This document shows positions 9,078 through 19,141 of a DNA stretch of 48,681 nt, one piece after another (within the stretch, counting starts at the first letter, position 1; each line of letters starts with the position of its first letter). The stretch is from Eggerthellales bacterium UBA1419 (lineage in GTDB: Bacteria; Actinomycetota; Coriobacteriia; Coriobacteriales; UBA8131). The notes under the pieces are model-generated. The model searched no databases, was not told the DNA's origin, and was given only the letters and a program-made list of their open reading frames with translations. A program made the position numbers and the translations under genes. The stretch spans positions 32,014 to 80,694 of the forward strand of contig DBPN01000046.1 in NCBI GenBank assembly GCA_002305585.1, in the 5' to 3' direction.

Positions 9078-10073
9078 ATGGGGAAGCGCATCAGAGCAGG
9101 ACTAGCTGGATACCCCATTGACCATTCGCTTTCGCCCTGTATCCACTCCGCAGCCTATCAGGAACTCGGACTGGACTGGAGCTATGAGCTCTTCCCCTGC
9201 GTCAGCGAGATTGGATTCAGCCAGCTGCTTGCAGATATGCGCAGTGGCAAGGAGAATGTCGTCGCCCTGAACGTCACTACCCCCTATAAGCAAAAGGCAT
9301 TACAGCTTTGCGACAGTCCCGATCCGGAAAGCGAGGTCATCGGTGGTGCCAACGTACTGGCCTTGATCGGATCCGATCTGATGATCTGCCACAACACCGA
9401 TGGACAGGCAGCGGTACGCTCGTTATGCGAAATCGGGTTTGAGCCAGATGGCGCGGATGTCGTGATCTGTGGCACTGGACCTGTGGCTGCGGCGGCGCTG
9501 CTGGCGCTGGTGCAAGCTAATGCGGCTACAGTGGGCATCCTCAGCCGAGACAGGGATAAAGCCGAGCAGTTCATCATGAATTTCGAGCTGATGTATCAAC
9601 GTGTATTCTCCAGCCAACTGATGTGTGGGGATCCAATCGCAAAGGGAAGCTTGATTGTGCCGAGCAGCTTGGATCTGGCGGATAAGATGCAGGATTGCGC
9701 AAGCCATCGACCGCAAACGCAGATCTTCGCGATAGATCTGGGCAATCTGGCAGCCGTCTTGAGAGAATCGACTGCGCTGATCGATGCCACGCCACTGGGA
9801 ATGCAGGCTGGTGACCCTTCGGTTGTTCCTGTTGGATTCCTGCATCCAGATATGTTCGTCCTGGATACGGTTTATGCACACGGTGAGACCGCTCTGTTGG
9901 CCGGAGCACGCGCGGCGGGTTGCCGGACTATCGATGGTTTGGCCATGTTGGTTGAACAGGCCGCATCGAGCATCGAGCATTGGCTTGTGGATCTTGAGAA
10001 GGGGCATATGACTGCCCCACGCGATAAGATGCTTGCTGCGGCAGCTGCAGAGCTGAAGGCCAGAGCGGTCTGA
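9078..10073 (+). CDS. aroE: Shikimate dehydrogenase, atypically long (331 aa)
   Basis: The motifs GYPIDHSLSP, NVTTPYK (catalytic Lys) and HNTDG (catalytic Asp) are present. The dinucleotide loop reads GTGPVA, and there is an insertion of about 40 aa. Confidence 0.85.
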   Translation: MGKRIRAGLAGYPIDHSLSPCIHSAAYQELGLDWSYELFPCVSEIGFSQLLADMRSGKENVVALNVTTPYKQKALQLCDSPDPESEVIGGANVLALIGSDLMICHNTDGQAAVRSLCEIGFEPDGADVVICGTGPVAAAALLALVQANAATVGILSRDRDKAEQFIMNFELMYQRVFSSQLMCGDPIAKGSLIVPSSLDLADKMQDCASHRPQTQIFAIDLGNLAAVLRESTALIDATPLGMQAGDPSVVPVGFLHPDMFVLDTVYAHGETALLAGARAAGCRTIDGLAMLVEQAASSIEHWLVDLEKGHMTAPRDKMLAAAAAELKARAV

Positions 10074-10152
10074 ATCTGGCACCACCAAGCGAACAGGCAA
10101 ACCGACGAGCTAGTGGCTTCAGACGCTTGCCGTTTCGATATCTGCCCTGCAA

Positions 10153-10161
10153 TGGTAGAAT
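10153..10161 (+). promoter_or_regulatory. Candidate extended -10 promoter element (TGgTAGAAT) upstream of aroC
   Basis: TGG at 10153-10155 plus TAGAAT at 10156-10161 lies 37 nt upstream of the aroC ATG, in a 124-bp gap. The -35 element is weak. Confidence 0.3.
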
Positions 10162-10197
10162 TCCCTTGCGTATCCAGGTTAATCAGAGAGGTTTCAG

Positions 10198-11373
10198 ATG
10201 AGATATCAAAGTGCAGGCGAATCACATGGACCCGCGCAGGTGACCATTGTCAGCGAGGTGCCAGCGGGTGTGATACTCAATGCGACCAGTATCGATGCCG
10301 ACTTGGCTCGAAGGCAGAGCGGGCACGGACGCGGTGGCCGCATGGCGATTGAACGTGATAGTGCAGAGATCTTGAGTGGCGTGCGTTTTGGTAAGACAAT
10401 CGGATCGCCAGTGGCGATAATGATCGCCAACCGCGATTGGCCCAACTGGAGTGATCGCATGGCGCAGGAAGGCAAGCCTCCGCACGATCTGGTAAGAGAG
10501 CAGTCGCCACGTCCAGGTCATGCCGATCTGGTGGGAGCGATGAAGATAGGTACCCAGGATTGCCGTGACGTCTTGGAGCGGGCCAGTGCTCGCGAGACCG
10601 CTGCACGAGTGGCTGCCGGAGCCGTTGCCAGGGCGTTCCTGTCACATCTTGGTGTGGAGATAGGCTCGTATGTCACCCGAATCGGTGCTGTAGTGCTGCC
10701 CGATCAGGCCATCGCCCGCAAGAAAGCGGTATTCTCCGCAACCAAGATCGAGGTATCTCCTGTACGTTGCCCTGATGAGGAAGTAAGCCAGCAGATGGTT
10801 GAGGCTATCGATGAGGCTCGAGCAGCCGGTGAGAGCCTTGGCGGCTGGTTCAACGTCAGCGTAACCGGGCTTGTGCCAGGTATAGGTGGTTACGCTCAGG
10901 CAGAAGATCGTCTAACCGGTGCCTTAGCCGGAGCAGTCTGCTCTATCCCCGCTATCAAGGGAGTACAGTTCGGCTTGGGCTTTGAAGCTGGCAGCTTGCC
11001 GGGCAGCCAGGTTCATGATGCCATCATCAATCCGGGTGCCTTGGGCGGCAGGGGTATACCTCGGCGTGCCGGCAACAATGCCGGAGGACTTGAGGGCGGC
11101 ATGACCACAGGTGAGACACTGTTGATCAGTGCGGTGATGAAGCCCATCCCAACGCTCACGCAACCACTGCAGACCATCGACCTGATCTCGCGGCAGGTGA
11201 CAGAGGCCTCTAAGGAACGCTCGGACGTCTGTGCTGTCCCAGCTGCTGCTGTGGTCGCCGAGGCCGAAGTGGCGCTGGTATTGGCAGACGCCTATCAACG
11301 CAAGTTCGGCTATGACACCATTGCTGATATCCTCAAGGCTTTCGAAGCTTATATCGAACGCATTAGTCGGTAA
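10198..11373 (+). CDS. aroC: Chorismate synthase
   Basis: The N-terminus MRYQSAGESHGP and the motifs GRMAIERDSAEILSGVRFG and RSDVCAVPAAAVV match the family. Confidence 0.95.
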   Translation: MRYQSAGESHGPAQVTIVSEVPAGVILNATSIDADLARRQSGHGRGGRMAIERDSAEILSGVRFGKTIGSPVAIMIANRDWPNWSDRMAQEGKPPHDLVREQSPRPGHADLVGAMKIGTQDCRDVLERASARETAARVAAGAVARAFLSHLGVEIGSYVTRIGAVVLPDQAIARKKAVFSATKIEVSPVRCPDEEVSQQMVEAIDEARAAGESLGGWFNVSVTGLVPGIGGYAQAEDRLTGALAGAVCSIPAIKGVQFGLGFEAGSLPGSQVHDAIINPGALGGRGIPRRAGNNAGGLEGGMTTGETLLISAVMKPIPTLTQPLQTIDLISRQVTEASKERSDVCAVPAAAVVAEAEVALVLADAYQRKFGYDTIADILKAFEAYIERISR

Positions 11374-11379
11374 TCTCAG

Positions 11380-11904
11380 ATGGACAGCACTTCGCCAGCG
11401 CATATCATCCTGATCGGCTTCATGGGCTCGGGTAAATCGAGCGTCGCGCGGATGCTAGCCGCTAAGACGGGACTAAGGTTGCTGGAAACCGATGAACTCG
11501 TTGTACACGAGGCAGGCTGTTGTGTCGCAGATATCTTTGCCAAGGAAGGTGAGGATGGTTTTCGCAGTCGCGAACGTGCTGTGTTAAAGGCGCTGAGCAG
11601 TCAAGAGCAAAGTGTCGTATCCTGCGGCGGCGGAGTGGTTGTGCGTGCGCAGAACCGTAGCCTCCTCGCAGAGCTTGGTACGATAGTCTATCTTGAAGTG
11701 AGTGCCGAAGAGTCGTTGGCTCGTGTGGGACAAGATGACAACCGGCCACTACTACGGGGCTCAATCACGCCGCATCAGCTTCTTGAGCAGCGTCGAGGTT
11801 GGTACGAGGAGATTGCCGATATCAGGGTAGATACCTCGGCCAAGGGTGTTGCACAGGTTGCGGATGAGGTGTATCAGCGGTTAAGTGAACTGAAGGTTAT
11901 CTAG
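11380..11904 (+). CDS. aroK: Shikimate kinase
   Basis: The protein has a P-loop GFMGSGKSS and FRSRE and CGGGVV motifs, and is 174 aa long. Confidence 0.92.
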   Translation: MDSTSPAHIILIGFMGSGKSSVARMLAAKTGLRLLETDELVVHEAGCCVADIFAKEGEDGFRSRERAVLKALSSQEQSVVSCGGGVVVRAQNRSLLAELGTIVYLEVSAEESLARVGQDDNRPLLRGSITPHQLLEQRRGWYEEIADIRVDTSAKGVAQVADEVYQRLSELKVI

Positions 11905-11990
11905 GTGAAGAACTGACACAGGGTACAGATGATGTAACGCGCTGGCGCATCGCGCTGGCTCAGATTTAAGTGAAATCGGGAAGGTTAAAG

Positions 11991-13091
11991 ATGAGCACTC
12001 GCAGACTGAGGGTTGTGCTGGAAGGTGGCGACACCTACGACATACGGGTTGGACATCGCCTGCTGGTAAATCTTGGCGTGCACGTACGGGATGTCTGTCA
12101 AGCGACCAGGGCGGTGGTGATCACCGATAGCGAGGTGGGCCCGCGTTACCTGAGTGATGTGAAGACAGGACTGCGGAAAGCCGGCTTCGAGGTATTCGAG
12201 TTGAGCATTCCTGCCGGTGAAAAGAGTAAGAGTGTCGCGGTGGCAGCTGAGCTTTGGGACGCGCTTGCGTTACTGGGCATTGGTCGGGACGGTGTGATCG
12301 TTGCCCTAGGAGGCGGTGTTGTTGGCGATATCGCCGGCTTTGTCGCGGCCACCTATATGCGCGGTATAGGTTTCATCCAGGTGCCAACCACCTTGCTGGC
12401 GATGGTCGACTCGTCGATAGGTGGCAAGAATGGCATCAACCTCGCGGGAGGAAAGAACCTGGTGGGGACATTCAGGCAACCCACTTATGTTGCTGCTGAC
12501 TTAGCGGTATTGGCAACACTGCCAGCAGGAGAATGGGAGAACGGTTTCGCCGAGATCGCTAAGTCCGCGCTGATCGACGGCAGCGACTTCACACAGTGGC
12601 TCGTGGATAATGCCGGTATGCTGGTGGCACACGACGAAACCGTTGTGCAGCAGGCGATCGTCCAATCATTGGGCTTTAAGGCACGTGTAGTAGCTCATGA
12701 CGAGACGGAGAAGGGTCTGCGCGAATGCCTGAACTATGGGCACACCTTCGCCCACGCCTTGGAGGCAGTAGCCGGCTTCGGCAAGATATCTCACGGTAGG
12801 GCTGTGGCGGAAGGAATGCGTTTCGCGGCACGATTGGCTATAGAGGCAATCGGTGCCTCTGAGGGATTCGTCAAACTACAAGACGATTTGCTGGATAACC
12901 TTGGTTTGACGCCCATAGCCGAATCGTATCCTGCCGATGAGCTGTTTGAGCGGATGTTCTCAGACAAGAAGGTACGCAACAACGAACTGCGTTTTGTGCT
13001 GGCTACCGAACCGGGGGAGTGGCAAACCATTGCCGTGGATCCGGATTTGGTCAAGATCTACCTGATACTATGGGAACAAGCAAGGATGTGA
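11991..13091 (+). CDS. aroB: 3-dehydroquinate synthase
   Basis: The motifs GGGVVGDIAGFVAATYMRG, DSSIGGKNGIN and NYGHTFAHA are present. I prefer the ATG at 11991, which has GGGAAGG 6 nt upstream, over the GTG at 11970 in the ORF track. Confidence 0.93.
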   Translation: MSTRRLRVVLEGGDTYDIRVGHRLLVNLGVHVRDVCQATRAVVITDSEVGPRYLSDVKTGLRKAGFEVFELSIPAGEKSKSVAVAAELWDALALLGIGRDGVIVALGGGVVGDIAGFVAATYMRGIGFIQVPTTLLAMVDSSIGGKNGINLAGGKNLVGTFRQPTYVAADLAVLATLPAGEWENGFAEIAKSALIDGSDFTQWLVDNAGMLVAHDETVVQQAIVQSLGFKARVVAHDETEKGLRECLNYGHTFAHALEAVAGFGKISHGRAVAEGMRFAARLAIEAIGASEGFVKLQDDLLDNLGLTPIAESYPADELFERMFSDKKVRNNELRFVLATEPGEWQTIAVDPDLVKIYLILWEQARM

Positions 13092-13184
13092 ACAGTGATG
13101 ATGGCACGAAGATAGCTGCTCAGCCGCTATCTTCGATCATCTGTAGGCACAGCTGAATACTACAAAACCTCGAAAGGACATCAT

Positions 13185-13655
13185 ATGAAGATACTGGTAC
13201 TCAATGGGCCCAATCTCAATATGCTGGGCAGGCGTGAGCCCGAGATCTACGGTTCGCAGACGCTCGACGCGTTGAACCGCGAGATCGCCGGATACGCCGA
13301 TGAACTGAATTCAACTCGGGGGCAAGGCAAAGAGATCGACCTGCAGTTCTTCCAATCAAACTATGAGGGTATCCTCATTGATACGATCCAGAACTCTCCA
13401 AGAGGTTATCAGGGGATCATCTACAACCCGGCCGGTCATAGTCATTACTCTATCGCCTTGCGCGATGCCATAGCAGCGGTGGAGACGCCGGTAGTCGAGG
13501 TGCATCTCACAGATATCACCGCTCGTGAGGAGTTTCGCAAGCACAGTGTGATGACCGACGTATGCATTGGCCAATTCATGGGCAAGGGAGCTAGGAGCTA
13601 CTGCGAAGCCCTCGATTGTCTCATAGCGTACCTTGAACCTGAAGAAGATGCCTGA
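13185..13655 (+). CDS. aroQ: Type II 3-dehydroquinate dehydratase
   Basis: The sequence ILVLNGPNLNMLGRREPEIYG, the NPAGHSHYS region and EVHLTDI match the family. Confidence 0.93.
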   Translation: MKILVLNGPNLNMLGRREPEIYGSQTLDALNREIAGYADELNSTRGQGKEIDLQFFQSNYEGILIDTIQNSPRGYQGIIYNPAGHSHYSIALRDAIAAVETPVVEVHLTDITAREEFRKHSVMTDVCIGQFMGKGARSYCEALDCLIAYLEPEEDA

Positions 13656-14779
13656 TGGTGGGAGACAGAAGAATCGTCGCTCTGCGATCAAAGCTGGTCA
13701 AGGAGCAGGTGGATGCTTATCTGTGCACCCACACCTCGGATATACGTTGGCTAACTGGCTTTGACCGTGTGTTCGATAGCGAGCAGGCACATATCGCTTT
13801 GGTGGCGGAAGGTTTCGCCTTTCTGCACAGCGACGCTCGCTACAGTCAAACCCTGCGGGAGAGGAACAGCGACGGTCTCTGGCTGATATCGGATGAGGTC
13901 AAACGGCATTCAGAATACATCGCCGAACAGCTCGCTAATCACGTTGTTCAACCGCAGAAACCGATCCGAATCGGAATCGAATCAGACATCCGCCTCGATC
14001 TCTATCGTGCGCTCGAAAAGGCCTTCGATGAGAAACTGGGTTCGGATGCCTATGAACTGGTGGAGCTCAGCGACGCTACGACCAACTTGCGCGCCGTCAA
14101 GGATGAGCGGGAGATCAGCGCGATACGAATAGCCCAGGAGTTCACCGATGCTGCGTTTGAGCATATGGTGGATTGGTTGCAGGTTGGCAGAAGCGAGAAG
14201 GAGGCTGCGTTGGAACTTGAATACCAGCTACGCAGTCTTGGTGCCGACGGCCTGGCTTTCCCCTCGATAGTCGCCAGCGGACCCAACAGTGCCGTTCCAC
14301 ACGCAGTGCCAACAGATCGACGCTTCGAATCGGGGGATTTCGTCTTGATGGACTTTGGCGCCTGCTATCTGGATTACTGCGCAGATATGACCCGTACGGT
14401 GGTTTTGGGCAAGGCAAGTGCCAGACAACGAAAGATCTATTCTACGGTACTTGAAGCCCAAGAGGCGGTTAAAGCGCGATTGCAGGCAGGTAGAAGCGGG
14501 GAGGAACTGTACAGGCTAGCGGTGCAGGTCATCGACGAAGCGGGATTCCCCGGCGCATTCATCCATTCTCTCGGCCATGGCGTGGGTATCGATGTACATG
14601 AGGCACCGGCACTCGCGCTTAAGGCGACGCAACCACTGATCGCAGGCAATGTGGTCACTGTTGAGCCAGGCATCTATCTACCAGGTGAGGGGGGCGTGCG
14701 TATCGAGGATTTTGGTCTGGTAACAGATGAGGGATTTGTGAACTTCACAAAGTCTTCGCATGAATTACTTGAACTATAG
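13655..14779 (+). CDS. pepP: Xaa-Pro aminopeptidase, M24B family
   Basis: The motifs HSLGHGVGIDVHEAP, VEPGIY and VRIED are present. The gene sits upstream of efp, as Bacillus yqhT does. Its ATG overlaps the aroQ stop by 1 nt. Confidence 0.85.
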   Translation: MVGDRRIVALRSKLVKEQVDAYLCTHTSDIRWLTGFDRVFDSEQAHIALVAEGFAFLHSDARYSQTLRERNSDGLWLISDEVKRHSEYIAEQLANHVVQPQKPIRIGIESDIRLDLYRALEKAFDEKLGSDAYELVELSDATTNLRAVKDEREISAIRIAQEFTDAAFEHMVDWLQVGRSEKEAALELEYQLRSLGADGLAFPSIVASGPNSAVPHAVPTDRRFESGDFVLMDFGACYLDYCADMTRTVVLGKASARQRKIYSTVLEAQEAVKARLQAGRSGEELYRLAVQVIDEAGFPGAFIHSLGHGVGIDVHEAPALALKATQPLIAGNVVTVEPGIYLPGEGGVRIEDFGLVTDEGFVNFTKSSHELLEL

Positions 14780-14849
14780 GGCTATCAAGCTGTGAGGCAG
14801 GAAGCCAATCGTTTATAATTCCAGCTTACAGAAACCAGAAAGGAAGACC

Positions 14850-15410
14850 GTGGCGATCTCAACTGCAGATTTCAAGAATGGCAAGGCGATACTGATAGAC
14901 GGTAAGCCGTGCGTGATCATCGAGTTCCAACATGTCAAACCCGGTAAGGGCGGTGCGTTCGTGCGCACTAAGATCCGCGATATCCGTACCGGTCGCGTCA
15001 ACGACCTGACGTTCAGGTCGGGGGAGAAGTTCGATGAGATCCGCATGGATACCAAAGAGATGCAATTCCTTTACAGCGACGGTGATGGCTTCTATTTCAT
15101 GGATACCAACGACTACAATCAAGTCTCGTTACCGGCAGAAGCCGTTGGCGATGCCGCAAAGTGGTTAAAGGAGAACGATGTCGCCTCTCTGCAGTATGCA
15201 GGGGATGAGCTGGTAGGGGTTGAGCCACCGATGTTCGTGGAACTTGAGGTAGTGGAGACTGAACCAGGCTTCAAGGGTGATACTGTGCAAGGTGGTAACA
15301 AGCCGGCGACGCTGGAGACCGGAGCCGTTGTGCAGGTACCGATGTTCGTGAACAATGGTGATGTGCTGAAGATCGACACACGGGACGGTCGCTACATCAC
15401 TCGTGTCTGA
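14850..15410 (+). CDS. efp: Elongation factor P
   Basis: The sequence ISTADFKNGKAILIDGKPCVIIEFQHVKPGKGGAFVRTK fits EF-P. The start is a GTG with GAAAGGAAG upstream, and a TATAAT lies at 14814-14819. Confidence 0.96.
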   Translation: MAISTADFKNGKAILIDGKPCVIIEFQHVKPGKGGAFVRTKIRDIRTGRVNDLTFRSGEKFDEIRMDTKEMQFLYSDGDGFYFMDTNDYNQVSLPAEAVGDAAKWLKENDVASLQYAGDELVGVEPPMFVELEVVETEPGFKGDTVQGGNKPATLETGAVVQVPMFVNNGDVLKIDTRDGRYITRV

Positions 15411-15558
15411 TCAACGCGGCAGGCAACCATACGCACTGGCCATCTGCACCCTTTACCCCTGGCTGGAAGTGTCTGGATTGGCTTTCAGTTATAATCACAG
15501 TTTCATGCTGCGACGTTACGCATGGTGATTGGGTTTGAACAACCGTCAGGGAGGTGCT

Positions 15559-17421
15559 ATGAGAACCTTGCACATAATGGACACAACCATTCGCGACGCT
15601 CACCAGTCATTGTGGGCAACGCGTATGCAGATCGGTGACATGTTGCCGATATTGCCCAAGATGGATCAGGTGGGTTACTGGGCTATCGAGGCATGGGGCG
15701 GCGCCACATTCGATACCTGTCTGCGTTTCTTGGACGAAAACCCTTGGGAGCGCCTGAGGGCAATCAAGAAACACTGTCCCAAGACTCCGCTCTCAATGCT
15801 GGTGCGCGGACAGAATCTGGTGGGCTATCGACATTATTCCCGCGAGATCGTCAACCGTTTCATCAAGGCGGCACACCGCAACGGCATCGATGTCTTCAGG
15901 GTGTTCGACGCCCTCAATGATATCCGCAACGTCATCGACAGTGCAGAAGCCGTGAACGAAGCCGGCGCGCATCTTGAAGGCGCCATCTGCTATACGATGA
16001 GTCCCGTGCACACCCTGGACAGTTACATAGAATACGGTTTGAAGCTCAAGGGTCTGGGCGCACATTCCATCTGCATCAAGGACATGGCGGGGATGCTTAC
16101 ACCCTACCGTACAGAGCGGATGGTCAAAGCGTTCAGGGAGCAGATAGGCCTTCCCATCCATGTCCATTGCCACTATGTAGGTGGCATGGCTCCCGCGAAT
16201 TACCTCAAGGCCGCCGAGGCCGGCGCAGCCATCGTTGATACCGCTTCCGCTCCTTTGGCTTTTGGTAATTCTCAGCCCGCCGTGGAGATGGTCGTTGCCG
16301 CTCTCAAGGAATCCGGTTTTGACACCGGCCTGGATCTTGATCTGCTCTTTGAGATCTCGGAGTACTGGGAGGGCGTACGTCAACGCGGTAAATATAAACG
16401 GGGCGTAAGCTCCCTTATCCATATGCAGGTCTACAGTCATCAGGTTCCCGGCGGCATGATGAGCAACCTCGTCAGCCAGCTGGAGATCCAAAAGGCCTCT
16501 GACCGCCTCCCCGATGTAATGGAGGAGATCCCCCGGGTTCGCGCCGAGGTGGGCTTCCCGCCGTTGGTCACTCCCATGAGCCAGATTGTCGGAACCCAGG
16601 CTGTGTTCAATGTACTCACCGGCAAGCGCTGGAGTGTCATCTCCACGGAGATGAGGGACTACATCGCCGGTTATTATGGCAAGGCGCCCGGACCTCTGGA
16701 TCGCGAGGTCGTCAAGAAGGTGCTTGGAGATGTCAAGCCACTTGACCCCGAAACCCCTCCTTCCTCTTTGGTTACCACAACCTATGCGGAGGTTGCGGAG
16801 GAGGCCGGAGCTTTGGCCCATAGCGAGGAAGACGTCTTGATGTGGGCGTTGTTCCCCAATGAGGCTCGCACCTATCTTTCCAAGCATCGTACATCGGAGA
16901 AGACCACATTCCTGCTTTCTGAGGAAGCAGCGGCTACCAAGGAGGAACAAACCGTGGATATGAACCAGATCCGTGAGCTGATCCGTATCGTTGAGGAATC
17001 TGGCATCGGCGAGATCACGGTTGAGGAAGCCGGTTCGAAGATCACCGTCCGCGCCCCAGGGCAAACAGGTGTCGCGACTGGTGAGATAAAGCCGTCGGTT
17101 TCCACTGAGGCCGTGCCGGAGAAGAAGGCTGCCCCAGTAGCGGATGCCGGCGACAGACCTACACACTGGATTCCTGTGAAAGCCCCGATGGTGGGTACAT
17201 TCTATGCCGCTCCGGCTCCGGACGCGCCACCGTATGTTCAGGTTGACGATGAGGTATTGGCCGGTCAGGCGCTATGCATCGTTGAAGCGATGAAATTGAT
17301 GAATGAGATCGCTGCTGAGCAGATGGGCATCATCCGTGAGGTGTGTGTTGAGAACGCTACGCCAGTGGAATATGGCACTGTGATGTTCTACCTTGAGCCG
17401 ATTGGAAGTCAAAAAGAGTGA
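15559..17421 (+). CDS. Carboxyltransferase (OadA / PycB / transcarboxylase-5S type) fused to a full-length AccB-type biotin carboxyl carrier protein
   Basis: The N-terminus [12 protein letters not shown] marks a pyruvate carboxyltransferase TIM barrel. The C-terminal ~155 aa are [23 protein letters not shown]...[18 protein letters not shown]...[12 protein letters not shown], with the biotinyl-Lys codon at 17293-17295. I prefer the ATG at 15559, which has GGGAGG 6 nt upstream, over the start at 15529. Confidence 0.85.
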   Translation: MRTLHIMDTTIRDAHQSLWATRMQIGDMLPILPKMDQVGYWAIEAWGGATFDTCLRFLDENPWERLRAIKKHCPKTPLSMLVRGQNLVGYRHYSREIVNRFIKAAHRNGIDVFRVFDALNDIRNVIDSAEAVNEAGAHLEGAICYTMSPVHTLDSYIEYGLKLKGLGAHSICIKDMAGMLTPYRTERMVKAFREQIGLPIHVHCHYVGGMAPANYLKAAEAGAAIVDTASAPLAFGNSQPAVEMVVAALKESGFDTGLDLDLLFEISEYWEGVRQRGKYKRGVSSLIHMQVYSHQVPGGMMSNLVSQLEIQKASDRLPDVMEEIPRVRAEVGFPPLVTPMSQIVGTQAVFNVLTGKRWSVISTEMRDYIAGYYGKAPGPLDREVVKKVLGDVKPLDPETPPSSLVTTTYAEVAEEAGALAHSEEDVLMWALFPNEARTYLSKHRTSEKTTFLLSEEAAATKEEQTVDMNQIRELIRIVEESGIGEITVEEAGSKITVRAPGQTGVATGEIKPSVSTEAVPEKKAAPVADAGDRPTHWIPVKAPMVGTFYAAPAPDAPPYVQVDDEVLAGQALCIVEAMKLMNEIAAEQMGIIREVCVENATPVEYGTVMFYLEPIGSQKE

Positions 17422-18779
17422 TGTTTCAAAGGATACTCATCGCCAATCGAGGCGAGATTGCAGTTCGGATAATCCGTGCCGCCCGCGAGTTGGGCGTTGA
17501 GACGGTAGTCGTCTACTCAGAGGCGGATGCTGATACTTTGGCAGTACGACTAGCTGATCAGGCGGTCTGCATCGGTCCAGCCCCCTCTGCTCAGTCGTAC
17601 CTGTCGATACCGGCGATCATCAGTGCTGCTACCTCCTATGGCGCTCAGGCGATACACCCTGGTTATGGTTTCATGGCCGAGAATGCCACCTTCGCGCGAG
17701 CTTGTGCCGATAACGACCTGGTGTTCATCGGCCCAAAGCCTGAAGCTATCGAGATGATGGGTGATAAGAGTGTTGCCCGCGCCACCATGATGGATATCGG
17801 TGTACCTACGGTACCCGGCAGTGATGGTTTGGTTCAGACAGCAGCTGATGCTGCTACCTTTGCCCAGGCGGTTGGCTATCCGGTGCTGATCAAGGCCAGC
17901 GCTGGCGGTGGTGGCAAGGGGATGCGAGTGGTCGATGATGCCTCGCAGATCGAATCGCAATTCGTAGCGGCGCGCACTGAGGCCGGTGCGGCTTTTGGTA
18001 ACGATGAGGTCTACCTGGAGAAATACCTCAGACGTCCTCGTCACATCGAGCTGCAGATATTGGCAGATAGTCAGGGCAACGCCGTCCATCTCTGTGAGCG
18101 CGACTGCTCTATCCAGCGCCGCCATCAAAAGCTGCTCGAGGAAGCTCCGTCACCGGCACTGAGCAGTGAGCTCAGGAACAGGATGGGTGAGGCTGCCCTG
18201 GCAGCTGTGCGCGCAACCGGTTACCTGGGAGCTGGCACGGTGGAGTTCCTACTCGATGAACAGGGCGATTTCTACTTCATGGAGATGAACACGCGTATCC
18301 AGGTTGAACATCCAGTGACCGAACAGATCACCGGTACCGATCTGATCAAGGAACAGATCCGCATAGCCGCAGGAGAACCGATAAGCTTCCTGGATCGTGT
18401 CCCGCTGCAACCGTGGGGTCATTCAATCGAATTCAGGATCAATGCCGAGGATCCCGACAATAACTTCTGGCCCAGCCCGGGAACCATCACCGATTTGGTT
18501 TTGCCGGGCGGTCCCGGGGTGCGCGTCGACACTCACGTCTACACCGGCTATACGGTTCCGCCGAACTACGATTCACTGATAGCGAAACTGATTGTTTGGG
18601 GGTATTCGCGTGAAGAGGCGATTGCTCGTGGTAAGCGAGCGTTGCGCGAACTCAGAGTCGAGGGGATAAAGACCACAATCCCGCTTCATCTGCGGGTGCT
18701 GGAAACAGCGGCTTATCTGGCCGGCGAGGTGTATACAGACTTCGTGACAACGCATCTGGAAGATGCGGATAAGGAGTAA
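17421..18779 (+). CDS. accC: Biotin carboxylase (AccC / PycA type)
   Basis: The N-terminus [20 protein letters not shown] and the motifs [10 protein letters not shown] and [14 protein letters not shown] match the family. The ATG overlaps the upstream TGA (TGATG). The ORF-track start at 17418 is a GTG one codon earlier. Confidence 0.93.
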   Translation: MFQRILIANRGEIAVRIIRAARELGVETVVVYSEADADTLAVRLADQAVCIGPAPSAQSYLSIPAIISAATSYGAQAIHPGYGFMAENATFARACADNDLVFIGPKPEAIEMMGDKSVARATMMDIGVPTVPGSDGLVQTAADAATFAQAVGYPVLIKASAGGGGKGMRVVDDASQIESQFVAARTEAGAAFGNDEVYLEKYLRRPRHIELQILADSQGNAVHLCERDCSIQRRHQKLLEEAPSPALSSELRNRMGEAALAAVRATGYLGAGTVEFLLDEQGDFYFMEMNTRIQVEHPVTEQITGTDLIKEQIRIAAGEPISFLDRVPLQPWGHSIEFRINAEDPDNNFWPSPGTITDLVLPGGPGVRVDTHVYTGYTVPPNYDSLIAKLIVWGYSREEAIARGKRALRELRVEGIKTTIPLHLRVLETAAYLAGEVYTDFVTTHLEDADKE

Positions 18780-18784
18780 GCCTG

Positions 18785-19135
18785 ATGGAAGAGAAGTTGA
18801 ATGTTGATGGCTTAACCATCGCTCCAGGCGTAGTTGAGACTATCCTGTCCTTGGCTATCAGCCAAATTGAGGGAGTTGCCGTCATCGGTGCGCCACGGAT
18901 GTCTGAAGGAGTTATGTCCGCTCTCAATAAACGACATGCCAATCAGGGTATCATCGTGACTGCTGAGGACGAGATGATAACTGTAGAGGTGCATGTCCAA
19001 GTCTATCATGGCTTCAGACTGCCAGAGGTTGCTGAGCAGATCCGCTCAACGACAGCTGATGCCCTCAAGAGCCAGGTTGGCGTTGATGTGGCGGCGGTTA
19101 ACGTCTTCATCGACGGCATCCAGTTCATGGAGTAG
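18785..19135 (+). CDS. Asp23/Gls24 family envelope stress protein
   Basis: The sequence LTIAPGVVETILSLAISQIEGV...VNVFIDGI fits the family. Its position between accC and nusB matches Bacillus yqhY. Confidence 0.85.
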   Translation: MEEKLNVDGLTIAPGVVETILSLAISQIEGVAVIGAPRMSEGVMSALNKRHANQGIIVTAEDEMITVEVHVQVYHGFRLPEVAEQIRSTTADALKSQVGVDVAAVNVFIDGIQFME

Positions 19136-19141
19136 GGGCCA

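Noticed and set aside
13107-13135. A perfect 10-bp stem (CGAAGATAGC / GCTATCTTCG) with a 9-nt loop between aroB and aroQ, considered as a terminator
   Set aside because: No T-tract follows it, and it sits inside an apparent aro operon. It may be an RNA stability or processing element, but I cannot support a terminator call.
15793-17166. A 457-aa ORF on the minus strand, the longest unannotated ORF in the track
   Set aside because: It lies entirely antisense to the strongly supported carboxyltransferase-BCCP gene. Its sequence is low in complexity (rich in R/G/L/D) with no recognisable motif. This is typical of stop-free antisense frames in moderately GC-rich coding DNA.
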